Part shown: in pieces, positions 1-9,323 of the stretch
Layout of the letters: each line of letters begins with the position of its first letter
Position numbering within the stretch: the stretch's first letter is position 1
IMG/VR virus record: IMGVR_UViG_3300045961_000282
Span: 124,001 to 188,000 of that record
DNA length: 64,000 nt
Strand: one strand, 5' to 3'
Position numbers and translations under genes: made by a program
Notes under the pieces: generated by a model
The model's database searches: none
What the model saw: only the letters and a program-made list of their open reading frames with translations
Told to the model about the DNA's origin: nothing

Positions 1-8
1 AGCCTCGC

Positions 9-233
9 GTGAAGAAGGCCGAACCGGCACCCGCCGCGAAGAAGCCTGCGCCCAAGCCCGAGCGGGCCGCCGTCCCCGCCACCCCGGCGTCACAGGCAAC
101 CCCCGCCACCCCGGCGTCACAGGCAACCCCCGCCACCCCGGCGACACCACCGCCGCCGCCCGAGCCGCCGAAGCCCCCGGTGACTCCGCCTGCTGGCGAG
201 CCGGTGTCCGACGAGGTCCCCCCGCTGCCCTGA
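9..233 (+). CDS. Pro/Ala-rich low-complexity C-terminus of a protein probably starting left of the window
   Basis: Open frame at the left edge; PATPASQAT repeats; TGATG stop/start overlap with the next ORF. Confidence 0.55.
   Translation: MKKAEPAPAAKKPAPKPERAAVPATPASQATPATPASQATPATPATPPPPPEPPKPPVTPPAGEPVSDEVPPLP
75..143 (+). repeat. 27-bp tandem repeat (~2.5 copies) encoding PATPASQAT
   Basis: cccgccaccccggcgtcacaggcaacc repeated directly. Confidence 0.9.
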
Positions 234-709
234 TGAGGCCGCGCCGTCCGCGGGGGATGGTGTTCCGGGCCGACCCGTCGTCGCAGATGGCGGCCTACAT
301 GGCCTACATGCGCTCCCCCGCGTGGCGGGCGTTCCGCGCCGCGTGGTTGGCGACGTACGACAGCAAGTACAAGGTGCGGCGGTGCTATGTCTGTCGCATC
401 TCACAGGCCGAGTTCGGGAAGTCGTTGGATCTGCATCACCGCACGTATGAGCGGGTGGGGGGCAACGAGAGGTTCACGGATCTCGTGTTGGTGTGCCGTC
501 CCTGCCATCGGCGCATCACCCGGGAGTGGCGCGCGCGGGGGAAGACCGGCCTCACCCTGACGCTGTGGGAACTGACGAGCCTGCACCGCGCGAGGGCGGG
601 TAGCCCAAAATCCGGCGGCACTCATCGTCGTTCTTCGGGTGCCCCTTCCCCCGCGGGATCCCCAGCGCGTCGCAGCAGTGGGCGCAGCGCGGGGCGGAAA
701 GCCGGGTGA
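233..709 (+). CDS. HNH endonuclease
   Basis: CYVC ... LHHRTY ... LVLVCRPCH zinc/HNH pattern; the C-terminal tail overlaps the convergent ORF. Confidence 0.75.
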   Translation: MRPRRPRGMVFRADPSSQMAAYMAYMRSPAWRAFRAAWLATYDSKYKVRRCYVCRISQAEFGKSLDLHHRTYERVGGNERFTDLVLVCRPCHRRITREWRARGKTGLTLTLWELTSLHRARAGSPKSGGTHRRSSGAPSPAGSPARRSSGRSAGRKAG

Positions 710-893
710 ACAGGCCGGGCAGCGTCAGGTGCCCTGAGCGCCCACAGACGGTCACGCCGGGGCCTGAGGTCCAGTAGTCATCGGGGTCGTAGTGGTAGTC
801 CTCGGCGCTGCGCACGGCGTGGATGGCACGCCAACTGGGCAGCATGGCCCACTCGGGCCACGTCGTGTCCCGGGCGGCGAGGAACGTGGCCAT
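552..893 (-). CDS. hypothetical Cys-containing protein (leaderless)
   Basis: TGC-TAACCT -10 element 6 nt upstream of the ATG; VCG..CAHC pattern. Confidence 0.5.
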   Translation of the reverse strand: MATFLAARDTTWPEWAMLPSWRAIHAVRSAEDYHYDPDDYWTSGPGVTVCGRSGHLTLPGLFTRLSAPRCAHCCDALGIPRGKGHPKNDDECRRILGYPPSRGAGSSVPTASG

Positions 894-923
894 GCCCAAA
901 GGTTAGCATGCTAAGATTCAAGA

Positions 924-1127
924 ATGGATCTGGTGCAGGAAGCCAAGGCTGCGGTCAAGGAACTGTGGGACCGCCACTGGGACGACAGGGACATCTATCC
1001 GCCGCCCACCGACCACGACATCGTTGTGGCAATTGTGCAACGGATCGAGCCGGTGATCCGTGCCAGCGAGCGGCAGCGGATCGTGGACGCGCAGTATGGG
1101 CCCGATGGGAGCCGGTGGAATGGCTGA
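924..1127 (+). CDS. hypothetical protein (leaderless)
   Basis: TGC-TAAGAT -10 element 6 nt upstream of the ATG; overlaps the next gene. Confidence 0.6.
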   Translation: MDLVQEAKAAVKELWDRHWDDRDIYPPPTDHDIVVAIVQRIEPVIRASERQRIVDAQYGPDGSRWNG

Positions 1128-1311
1128 GTACACGTGGAACCAGCCGATGTGCGATGCCTGCTGGCGGCGCGAGCGCGGCGAGCGCACCCCCGTGCGGGTC
1201 CGTGAGTCCGAACTGGAGCAGTGCGCCTTCTGTGGGTTCGGCACGTCGAGCGGCATCTACGTGCGACAGGACCCGCTGACCGTCAAGTATCCGCGGATCA
1301 AAGAGGACTGA
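1120..1311 (+). CDS. small zinc-ribbon-like protein
   Basis: CDAC and CAFC pairs; coupled start/stop overlaps on both sides. Confidence 0.6.
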   Translation: MAEYTWNQPMCDACWRRERGERTPVRVRESELEQCAFCGFGTSSGIYVRQDPLTVKYPRIKED

Positions 1312-1574
1312 TGATCGAGTTCTGGTGGGAGGTCTTTCTGGGAATGCTGCTGGTCGCCTCACCTTTCCTGCTCATCTACGGCGGCGTCGCCATCTGGGCA
1401 GTGGTCGACCTGATCATCCAGCGGCGCCGATGTCCCGCATGCAAGGGTCACACCGCCGCCGTTCTGGCGGTCGGCCCCGACCTCTCCCTGTTGTGCAGTT
1501 ACCACAGGACTCGCCTGCGCATCATCGAGCGCAAGGAGGCTGAGGTGCTCGGCGAGTGGCCGAACATCTCCTGA
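1311..1574 (+). CDS. small membrane protein with a CPAC motif
   Basis: Hydrophobic N-terminal segment; TGATG overlap. Confidence 0.6.
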   Translation: MIEFWWEVFLGMLLVASPFLLIYGGVAIWAVVDLIIQRRRCPACKGHTAAVLAVGPDLSLLCSYHRTRLRIIERKEAEVLGEWPNIS

Positions 1575-1575
1575 C

Positions 1576-2700
1576 CTACTCCATCGTCGCGGCGACGGCG
1601 TCCAACTGATCCGCCGAAGCCCGCAGCGCAGCCGCCTTGGCGCGCAGGTCCGCCACCGCTGGGTGCGGCTTGGACGTCTCCGGCTGCGGCTCGGGTTCCC
1701 ATGCGACCGAGCGCAGGAACTGGTCGCGGGCGATGACGCCCCATGAGGTCGGCTTGACGTTGCTCCCGTCGGTCAGGGCATTGACGTCGAACCACGGGCC
1801 GAACAGGAACGGGATGGCCCCGGCGAAGTTGGGTGAGTCCTTGAACCTGCTGGCGAAGAACGCACAGGCGTCCTTGGTCCACTGCTCGCTGACCGTGTCC
1901 GGCGTTCCGTTGTAGTTGCCGAACTCGCTCTCTTCCATGACGTGCTTGGTCGAGGTGCCGCCGTTGTCGGCGATCCACTTCGCCCGATCCCACTTCTTGT
2001 CCTTGAACTCGTTGGCGTAGTCATGGCGGCAGAACATCAGTTGGTGTGTGCCGTTCATCCCCGGCTGCGCTGCGTCGTGGGCCTCCAGTTCCGACATCCG
2101 CCCGTCGTCATAGGAGTGGCTCCAGTGAATCGTGTTGATTGCCAGCACGCCGCGGTAGCCGATACTGCGCCAGTGGCTGACGGCGGCCTTCATCGACGGC
2201 GTCCACTGAGCCCACGTCACGTTGTTGGGCTCATTGAAGGGCTCGTAGATGACCGCCGGGTTGTCCTTGAACAAGGCGTTCACCTTGGCCATCATGTCGA
2301 AAGCCTCGGTTGCTCGGCCGGGCCATGCCGACCCTTGGCTCAGGGAATCCCACCAGCAGATCTGCGTGTACATGCCCGCCTTGGTGGCCAGATCGACCCA
2401 CTCCTTGGTGCGGTCGAGGTACTGCTGCTTGGTCAGCCCCCACTTCTGCCCGTTGTAATCGGTCGCATCGAGGCGAAGTCGCACGAGGTTGGCACCCCAC
2501 GACCTGATGGTGTCGATGACCGTCGTGCGGCCCTTCCACTGATGCTCGGCGTGCTGCGCATGCCACTGGTCGTACCCGGGCACCCCCCACACGCAGACGC
2601 CCGCGACCTGCAGGCGGGGACCCTTGGCCGATCCACGGCGCAATGAAGCGGGCGAGGATGAGGTGGCGGGGACGATGACGGGGCGTTCGAGGGCTGCCAT
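1576..2700 (-). CDS. glycoside hydrolase family 5 (cellulase-type)
   Basis: NLVRL; IYEPFNEP acid/base motif; SEFG nucleophile motif; leaderless TACCGT promoter before MAALERP; no signal peptide. Confidence 0.8.
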   Translation of the reverse strand: MAALERPVIVPATSSSPASLRRGSAKGPRLQVAGVCVWGVPGYDQWHAQHAEHQWKGRTTVIDTIRSWGANLVRLRLDATDYNGQKWGLTKQQYLDRTKEWVDLATKAGMYTQICWWDSLSQGSAWPGRATEAFDMMAKVNALFKDNPAVIYEPFNEPNNVTWAQWTPSMKAAVSHWRSIGYRGVLAINTIHWSHSYDDGRMSELEAHDAAQPGMNGTHQLMFCRHDYANEFKDKKWDRAKWIADNGGTSTKHVMEESEFGNYNGTPDTVSEQWTKDACAFFASRFKDSPNFAGAIPFLFGPWFDVNALTDGSNVKPTSWGVIARDQFLRSVAWEPEPQPETSKPHPAVADLRAKAAALRASADQLDAVAATME

Positions 2701-2728
2701 GCGTCCACGGTAGCCCACGGGTCAACCG

Positions 2729-3727
2729 TCAGGAAGCAAGAGACGCCGCAGCCTGCGGCCACCACACTCCTGCGGGCGGCTCGCCCCGGCCGCACTCGCC
2801 ATCAGAGTTTCCGGGCTGCTTGATCCACAGGTAGGCGTCGGCGCCGGGCTCATCGGTGCCAGTGGTGGGGCTCTTCCCCAGCCGCGCCGTCATGCTGTTG
2901 CACCAGTCGCCCGGTTCGACGGGGGCGCCGTTGCGGCTGACGTCGATCACGTAGCGCGTGACGCCAACCCGACGGCCCATCTCGCGTGCATATTCGGCGC
3001 TGCGGGCCGTGGAAACGTGGTTGGACACGTTCACTGCGATGCCGGTGGCCCGACGAACTCCGGAACGCCCCAGCGCCCGCGCGAGTTCTGTGCGATCCAG
3101 TTTCCATGTCGCGTTTCCTGCGTCGAGGTAGACACGGGTTTCCCCCTCGGTCAACAACGTCACCGCCTCGGACAGCAGGGCGTACCGATTCTTCGTCCCA
3201 CCTTGGACCTGACATCCGTCGACGGCCTGCGCGACCGCATCTGGCTCAATGATCACGATGGCCCGACGACCCCCGATGCCAGCCGCGATCTGCTGAACCC
3301 AGCGCAGGTACTGCGCGTCCGTCCGAGCCCCGCCCTTGGAGTACAGGCCGCAGTCGCGATCAGGGATCCCGTAGACGACGATCATCGGGACCTGCCGGGC
3401 GACGGCAGCCTCATCGACCAAGCGATCCACGGCTGCGGTGGGATCTCGGAAGGGATCGGTGAACCATACGGCCGTCGGTTGGGCGGCTATCCGGGCAGTT
3501 GCTTGCACCAGTTCCGACGGCGCATCGTCGGGCAGGTTGTTCAGTGCCCAGACCGCCGAGCCCTGCGGACTTCGGTACAGCGTTGCCCCAGCCAGCGGAT
3601 TGCTGACCGACTCGGGAGCGTTGGCCACCTCCGCCGATGGGCGGCACGCCGTCATCGCGAGGGTGGCAACAACAACGAAGGGCACCCAGAAGGGTGCCCT
3701 TCGTTGGTTTCGATCAACTCTCGACAC
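2729..3727 (-). CDS. cslZ: GH6 endoglucanase lipoprotein, CslZ-like
   Basis: AQPTAVWF, VYGIPDRDC, IEPDA, YLDAGN, VIDVSRNG, DAYLWIKQPGNSDGEC; lipobox-like LAMTAC; GTG start overlapping the glxA stop. Confidence 0.85.
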   Translation of the reverse strand: MSRVDRNQRRAPFWVPFVVVATLAMTACRPSAEVANAPESVSNPLAGATLYRSPQGSAVWALNNLPDDAPSELVQATARIAAQPTAVWFTDPFRDPTAAVDRLVDEAAVARQVPMIVVYGIPDRDCGLYSKGGARTDAQYLRWVQQIAAGIGGRRAIVIIEPDAVAQAVDGCQVQGGTKNRYALLSEAVTLLTEGETRVYLDAGNATWKLDRTELARALGRSGVRRATGIAVNVSNHVSTARSAEYAREMGRRVGVTRYVIDVSRNGAPVEPGDWCNSMTARLGKSPTTGTDEPGADAYLWIKQPGNSDGECGRGEPPAGVWWPQAAASLAS

Positions 3728-5624
3728 GGACCCACTTCGCAATCGAGGGCACTCCGTTGCTGTCGATGGCGAACAGCATGTAGTAGCCGGAGGGCACCAT
3801 CCCGAGGGAGTCGGGCACGATGCCGGTGGCGATTCCATCCTTGACGGCAAGGTCCTCCAGCGCGATCGAGCGCTGCTCGGGGTCGGTCAGGTGAGTCACC
3901 GCGCTGGGGCGGATCAACCGCATCCGATCGATGTCGCCCGTGACCTCGACGCTGATCCGCTCCCCGCGCTCCACGCTGGCCGGGGCCGCAAGGATCTCGG
4001 GCCGCGGCGTCCCCGTGAACAGGTACGGCGGGCGGTAGACCTCGATGCGGGTCTCGAACGTGCCCGGCGTGTGATTGTGCTCGTCGCCGAACAGCGGGTC
4101 AGACCCAATCGTCATCACCGAGCCGTCAGGCAGCAGCGCCGCCGTCGAGTGGTAGTTGCGCCCGATGTGGTTCGGCGCCGCCTCGATCAGCGTGTTGGTC
4201 GCCGGGTCCAGCATCATGGTCAGGCGCAGGTCGGACAGGCTCCTGCCCCGGTAGTCCCGCGAGCCGCCCGTGAGCAGAGTCTTGTCGTCAGGCAGGGTCA
4301 CGGCGCTGATGTACCGGCCCGGCTCAGGGTAGTCCGGTCCCGGCTCGTAGCGCGGCGTGTCGCTGGCATCGAGGTCGACGATGTCGATCCGGTTGGTCGA
4401 CTTGTCGCTCTCGCCCACGCCGCCGCCGCCGATAATCGCCACGCGCTGATCCTGTGCTGGGGCGAGCATGACCGACGACGACGTCTCGTTCATCTCTGGA
4501 TCGCGCAGTCCATCGACGTCCTGCCATGAGTTGTCCGACACGTCCCACAGGCCGGGCTGGCGGCCCTCATCGGCAGCGCCGTAGCCCGTGCTCGACCCGG
4601 AGTAGAACAGCCGCCCATCGGCCATGCGGAACAGTGACGGGTAGGTCGGGAAGAACCGATCCACCTTCCCGTCGTAGTGCCACGTCCCGTCACCGACGTT
4701 GAAGACCTCGTTCTGCCCCTCAAGGATGTAGCCGTGCTCGTCGAGGCCGGACACCGCGATGATGTTGTCGCCGTTGAGCGACACGAGCGTCGGATACCAG
4801 CGGGCGAAGTTCATGTCCTCGGTCTTGATGTACTTGCGCTGCTCGACGGAGTAGATGTAGGACGAATCCAGCCCGGCGTAGTTCTGCTTGTCCATCGTGA
4901 TGACGTTCGACCAGCCGTACAGGTTCTGCTGCTCGGCGTTCGAGAGGCGGGTCAGGTCGATGCGCTCAGCGTGCTCGGTCATGGCGTATTCCTTGCCCTC
5001 TTCGACCGCCTCGACCCACACGTTGGCCTGCCCCGAGGTCCACTTCCCATCCACGTCGCGGGCAGCGGGGATCACCCGATCCTCGGTGGTCACGTACTCC
5101 ATGCCGTTGGCGCGGCGCCAGACGTCGCCCTTCTTGACCTCGAACGGCTCTCCGGACTCGTTCTTGATCCACAGCGCCCCCGCAGCCTTCTTGACGTTGT
5201 CGGGCAGCACCTCGTACTTGGAGGTTCCTCCGGCCACCAGTAGGTCGCCGTTGGGCAGGTAGGCGTGGCCACCGCAGAACAGGTCCTCGGGGGTGTCGAC
5301 CTTGGTCGTGTCTCCGGTGACCGGGTTCCACAGAACGGTCTCGAACGTGCCTGCCTCGAACGCCTTGCGGCTGTTCCCCGAGCCAGCCAGCAGCAGCACT
5401 TCGCCGGAATACAGCAGGGCCGTGTGGATCGCCCGCACGCGGTACTCGTCAGGCAGTTCGATGGTCTGCCACTGGCCGTGCTCGCGGATGTAGTCCGGGC
5501 GTCCCTCGCGGTAATCCTGATAGGCGCGGGCCCCTGCGGGCCCGATGACGACGGCGTTGATCGACAGAATTCCGACCACGGCGACCGCGGTCACTATCCG
5601 ATTTCTGGTCCGGGCTGAGATCAT
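3714..5624 (-). CDS. glxA: galactose oxidase-like copper radical oxidase (AA5), GlxA-like
   Basis: DLFCGGH (Cys), RWYPTL (Tyr), RNYHS (Tyr-His) and VTH (His) ligands; N-terminal membrane anchor; ATGA overlap with cslA. Confidence 0.9.
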   Translation of the reverse strand: MISARTRNRIVTAVAVVGILSINAVVIGPAGARAYQDYREGRPDYIREHGQWQTIELPDEYRVRAIHTALLYSGEVLLLAGSGNSRKAFEAGTFETVLWNPVTGDTTKVDTPEDLFCGGHAYLPNGDLLVAGGTSKYEVLPDNVKKAAGALWIKNESGEPFEVKKGDVWRRANGMEYVTTEDRVIPAARDVDGKWTSGQANVWVEAVEEGKEYAMTEHAERIDLTRLSNAEQQNLYGWSNVITMDKQNYAGLDSSYIYSVEQRKYIKTEDMNFARWYPTLVSLNGDNIIAVSGLDEHGYILEGQNEVFNVGDGTWHYDGKVDRFFPTYPSLFRMADGRLFYSGSSTGYGAADEGRQPGLWDVSDNSWQDVDGLRDPEMNETSSSVMLAPAQDQRVAIIGGGGVGESDKSTNRIDIVDLDASDTPRYEPGPDYPEPGRYISAVTLPDDKTLLTGGSRDYRGRSLSDLRLTMMLDPATNTLIEAAPNHIGRNYHSTAALLPDGSVMTIGSDPLFGDEHNHTPGTFETRIEVYRPPYLFTGTPRPEILAAPASVERGERISVEVTGDIDRMRLIRPSAVTHLTDPEQRSIALEDLAVKDGIATGIVPDSLGMVPSGYYMLFAIDSNGVPSIAKWVRVES

Positions 5625-7342
5625 GGAGCGGCCCTTTCAAGGCTTTGGGTGCTGATGATGTCGTCGTTGGACTTGCTGAGGTTCATGACCACCGGAGCAA
5701 GGCAGACGACGATCGCCAGCATCGCCCACATGCGCATCATGAAGTGGTCGTGGCCCAACGGAACGGATGCCACAAACGCGGAGGTCAGCAGTGCCCCCCA
5801 TGCCAGATGACGCGTCCGCCAGAACGTGGACATCCTCTCACGGCCCTGCGGTGCCGGTCCCTTCGGAGTGACATTGAACGCGCCGGGCTTGCGGCTGACT
5901 GCGTGCCACAGAGCCGTGACGTACAGCGGGGCCGACAGAATGGACACGGCCATCCCCGACATGCCGGACGAACCATGCTCCTCGTGCGGGGACACGTTGT
6001 GGCGGCGGTTCCAGAAGTAGATGCCCAACTGCAGTGCAGCGGCGTTGAGGTACAGCATCAGCCACAGACCCGCGGTGACCACGACGCTGCCGATGCCGGT
6101 GAGCAGGTACATCACGAGGTTGAAGGTGCCGATGATCCACGTCAGGGCGGCAGTCGGGTAGTAGGACATCAACATCATGTAGTGCACCCGGCGCCGCCAC
6201 GGCAGGGTAGGCATCAGGGTGCGGAACTGCCGGACCACCACGTCGTCGGTGCCGCGCGACCAGCGCACCTGCTGAGTGAAGTAATCGCCCCAAAGCGATG
6301 GACCTTCGCCGACTGCAAGCACGTCGGGGGTGTAGACCGACTTCCACTTGTTCCCTGTCGCCGGGTTGACCGACGCGTGCCAGACGATGCTGGTCGCGGC
6401 GTCCTCGGTGATGGAGTCCTGCAGCCCGCCGATCTCCATGAGTGCCGAGATCCGCACGGCGTTGTTGGTTCCGACGAACATTGCGCAGTCCCACGTGTTG
6501 GCCGCGCGCTGCAGCACGGAGTGGAACAGGTACTGCTGGCTCTCCGCGGCGCGGGTCACGAAGTTGTCGTAGTTGCCGTAGACCTGCGGGCCGACCACGA
6601 ACGCGACGTCGGGGTCACGGAAGTAGCCCAGCAACCGCTCGGCGAAGTTGGGCAGCGGCACGTGGTCAGTGTCGACCGAGATCCAGTAGTCGTAGTTGTA
6701 CCCGTGGGTGAACAGCCACGAGTTGTAGTTGCCGTGCTTGGTCTTGGCCTTGTACCGACCCTCAGCGGTGTTCCACTCCTCGATGCCCTTGCGCGAGAAG
6801 TGCCGCACGCCGATCTCGGCGCACATCGCCTTGACCTCGTCGTCGTCGCCCTCGTCGAGCACCCAGACGTCCAGAACACCGGAGTGCCTGATCTGCAGGG
6901 CGGCCTCGAGGGTCCGCCGCAGCATGTGCAGCGGTTCCTTGCCGGGCACGATTGTGGTGATAAAAGCCACTCGGCTGTCGGTTTCCGGCAGGACCGGAAT
7001 CGGGTCACGGGCGTGCACGGTGGCCATCGCCAACGTGCCGACGTTGATCAAGCGGAACGTCTCGATGGCTCCGATGAACACGATCATCGTGACGCTGACG
7101 GCGAGTTGCCAGCCACTCTGCCCCTGCGGGTAGTGACTGGGCCACATGAGCCAGATCAGGAACACCGACTGGAACAGCAGCGCTGCGCTGACCAGAAGGA
7201 TGGACCACAGGCGAGCCCTGCCGTGATTGAGTCGACGGTACTCAACAGTGTGCTCAGGACCTGCCTCAACGGGCTCACCGGCCAACTCGCTGTACCGGTC
7301 GTAGTCGTAGTGATACGTCTGCACGGTCCCCTCTTCCTGCAT
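5621..7342 (-). CDS. cslA: cellulose synthase-like processive GT2, CslA-like
   Basis: LDEG, KHGNYN, VDTDH, FVVGPQVYGN, ITED, QQVRW; multiple TM helices; N-terminal YDYDRYSELAG resembles Streptomyces CslA; start approximate. Confidence 0.9.
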   Translation of the reverse strand: MQEEGTVQTYHYDYDRYSELAGEPVEAGPEHTVEYRRLNHGRARLWSILLVSAALLFQSVFLIWLMWPSHYPQGQSGWQLAVSVTMIVFIGAIETFRLINVGTLAMATVHARDPIPVLPETDSRVAFITTIVPGKEPLHMLRRTLEAALQIRHSGVLDVWVLDEGDDDEVKAMCAEIGVRHFSRKGIEEWNTAEGRYKAKTKHGNYNSWLFTHGYNYDYWISVDTDHVPLPNFAERLLGYFRDPDVAFVVGPQVYGNYDNFVTRAAESQQYLFHSVLQRAANTWDCAMFVGTNNAVRISALMEIGGLQDSITEDAATSIVWHASVNPATGNKWKSVYTPDVLAVGEGPSLWGDYFTQQVRWSRGTDDVVVRQFRTLMPTLPWRRRVHYMMLMSYYPTAALTWIIGTFNLVMYLLTGIGSVVVTAGLWLMLYLNAAALQLGIYFWNRRHNVSPHEEHGSSGMSGMAVSILSAPLYVTALWHAVSRKPGAFNVTPKGPAPQGRERMSTFWRTRHLAWGALLTSAFVASVPLGHDHFMMRMWAMLAIVVCLAPVVMNLSKSNDDIISTQSLERAAP

Positions 7343-7445
7343 GACGTGAGTATGGACGGTTGCGCCAGCAGGCCTTCCCTGTCTGACGAGTTGCCAAACC
7401 CTACCACGATTTGGATCCCTGCTAGTCCGTGCTAGGGTTTGCCCC

Positions 7446-7658
7446 GTGAGTGACATGGACCGCGACGCAGCGGTGGCCGGGGCCCTGTTCCTTGGATTCG
7501 TCGGAACCATCAGCCTGACAGTGGGGATCGCCATACTGTTCGGAGCCGGGTGGGCGTTCGTCGCCTTCGGGGGGATCACCTTGGTCAATGCATGGCTCAT
7601 GGGGGTGCGGAAGAGCCGCAGCAACGAAACCCTGCTTTTCGCCAACACCAACAACTAG
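7446..7658 (+). CDS. small two-TM membrane protein (leaderless)
   Basis: TAGGGT -10 element 7 nt before the GTG; hydrophobic. Confidence 0.6.
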   Translation: MSDMDRDAAVAGALFLGFVGTISLTVGIAILFGAGWAFVAFGGITLVNAWLMGVRKSRSNETLLFANTNN

Positions 7659-7669
7659 GAGCAAGTCTC

Positions 7670-8020
7670 ATGGCACGTGAAGTTCAGATCATGACGTGGT
7701 GCGACCACTGTCTCAATGAGGAGAACCTGCAGGTCGAGGGCATGACGTACGTCGGGCTGAACAGCGCCGGGGCGCGCGTCGAGATCGACCTGTGCGCCGA
7801 GTGCGCCGAGTCCTTCCTCACCCCCGCCCTGTCGGCGCTGGACGCCTACGGGCGCGATGAGCCCAAGCCAAAGCGGCGCAAGCGCGTCGAGAGCCCGGCG
7901 CCCGCGGGCGGCCAGTGTCCCGACTGCGACAAGACCTTCCCGACCAAGCAGGCGCTGGGCATGCACCGCTGGCGTGCGCACAACGTCCCGGGCGAGGGTA
8001 AGGGCAAGAAGTCGGCCTGA
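7670..8020 (+). CDS. Lsr2-like dimerisation domain fused to a C2H2 zinc finger
   Basis: VEIDLCAEC..FL...LDAYGR resembles the Lsr2 N-domain; CPDCDKTFPTKQALGMHRWRAH is a canonical C2H2; RBS AGGAG. Confidence 0.7.
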   Translation: MAREVQIMTWCDHCLNEENLQVEGMTYVGLNSAGARVEIDLCAECAESFLTPALSALDAYGRDEPKPKRRKRVESPAPAGGQCPDCDKTFPTKQALGMHRWRAHNVPGEGKGKKSA

Positions 8021-8052
8021 CCAACACAACCACCACCTACAAGGGGGGATCT

Positions 8053-8670
8053 ATGCGTTTGATCGTTGCACCGCACGCCGATGACGAAGTGCTGGGATGT
8101 GGCGGCCTGCTGGCCAAGTACCCAGACGAGTGCTGGGTCGCCGTACTCTCGGACAAGAACGATGGTCGGATGACGGAGTTCTACCGGGCCAAGGGTGTTC
8201 TCAGGTACAAGCACAGCACCAAGGCTGACTTCGTCACCGGGGAACTGGCGGCACGGTCCCGTGAGGTCACGACGTGGCTGGATCAGTTGATCAAGCAGAT
8301 CAAGCCGAATGAGTTGTACCTGCCGACGCCGGGTGCACATCAGGACCACATCGCGGCCTACGAGTCGGGCGTCCGGGCGGCACGCCTGTCCTACACCAAT
8401 GGGGCGTGGTTCGTCCCCGCGGTGTTCCTGTACGAGATCCCGTCATACAGCACGGACCTGTACACGATCCCGTACCCGTGGAACCGCTTCGAGGTGCTCA
8501 CCGAGGAGCACATGGATGCCAAGGCGAAGGCCATCGAGGCCTACGCCTCACAGATGAACGGCGCGTTCAATCCTGCGCACTTCGCCCGCGAGCACGCTCG
8601 ATTCATCGGGGCGCAGCGCAATGTCGCTTATGCCGAACAGTTTGCGGTGGTCAGGGAGGTCCGCGCATGA
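8053..8670 (+). CDS. PIG-L/LmbE family N-deacetylase
   Basis: APHADDEVLGCGG and HQDH metal-binding motifs. Confidence 0.9.
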   Translation: MRLIVAPHADDEVLGCGGLLAKYPDECWVAVLSDKNDGRMTEFYRAKGVLRYKHSTKADFVTGELAARSREVTTWLDQLIKQIKPNELYLPTPGAHQDHIAAYESGVRAARLSYTNGAWFVPAVFLYEIPSYSTDLYTIPYPWNRFEVLTEEHMDAKAKAIEAYASQMNGAFNPAHFAREHARFIGAQRNVAYAEQFAVVREVRA

Positions 8671-9323
8671 TTCTTGCGGCACATCAGTTGAACTTCATGC
8701 CGTATTCCGGTTTCTGGTACAAGATGGAGAAGGCCGATCTGTTCGACCTTCGCTATCAGGCCCAGTACACCGAGAAGGGGTACATCCGCCGGGTCAAGAT
8801 GCGCGACGCGTGGTGCGCAGTTCCTGTTGTCGACAAGCCGAAGTACGAGCCGACCAATGAGGTCCGCATCGACATCGCCAAGGCGCGAACGCAGATCTGC
8901 AACACCATCAAGGGTCGGTACGCAGGCGCCCCGTACTACAAGCAGCGTGGCGGCGACCTGATCGATCGGATCCAGAGTCTGGACACCGGCTACCTGTGGG
9001 AGTTCAACCTCGAACTCATCCTGTACCTGCGCGATGTTCTCGGGATCCAAACCCCCCTGACACTTGGAGTGGATACCATCGGCGGCAAGGCCGAGGGGGT
9101 CCTGAGTTTCATGCGGGTTTACCCCGGGGTAGAGACTTACCTGTCAGGGATCGGCGCCAAGGCGTATATGGAGGACACGTCGATCTTCGACGAGGCGGGG
9201 ATCAAGATCGAGTGGTCGAGGCACCGCGCGGTCACGCACGATTCGGTCGTCACCCTTCTGATGGACTACGCCGACCCCATGGAAATCATCATGCTTGAGA
9301 ATGAAGGGGACCAGAATGTCTGA
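8667..9323 (+). CDS. WbqC-family protein
   Basis: AHQLNFMPYSGFWYKM..AD and YLSGIGAKAYM motifs; ATGA overlap. Confidence 0.8.
   Translation: MILAAHQLNFMPYSGFWYKMEKADLFDLRYQAQYTEKGYIRRVKMRDAWCAVPVVDKPKYEPTNEVRIDIAKARTQICNTIKGRYAGAPYYKQRGGDLIDRIQSLDTGYLWEFNLELILYLRDVLGIQTPLTLGVDTIGGKAEGVLSFMRVYPGVETYLSGIGAKAYMEDTSIFDEAGIKIEWSRHRAVTHDSVVTLLMDYADPMEIIMLENEGDQNV

Noticed and set aside
3727-3850. N-terminal extension of the GH6 ORF, and of cslA to 7654
   Set aside because: The extensions overlap glxA or the divergent 7446 gene and its promoter; the family-like sequence begins downstream.
3017-7435. Long antisense ORFs (3017-3844, 3438-4529, 5645-7435; likewise 9713-10822, 26575-27735, 62420-63517)
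   Set aside because: These are shadow frames of GC3-biased genes on the opposite strand, with no motifs or RBS.
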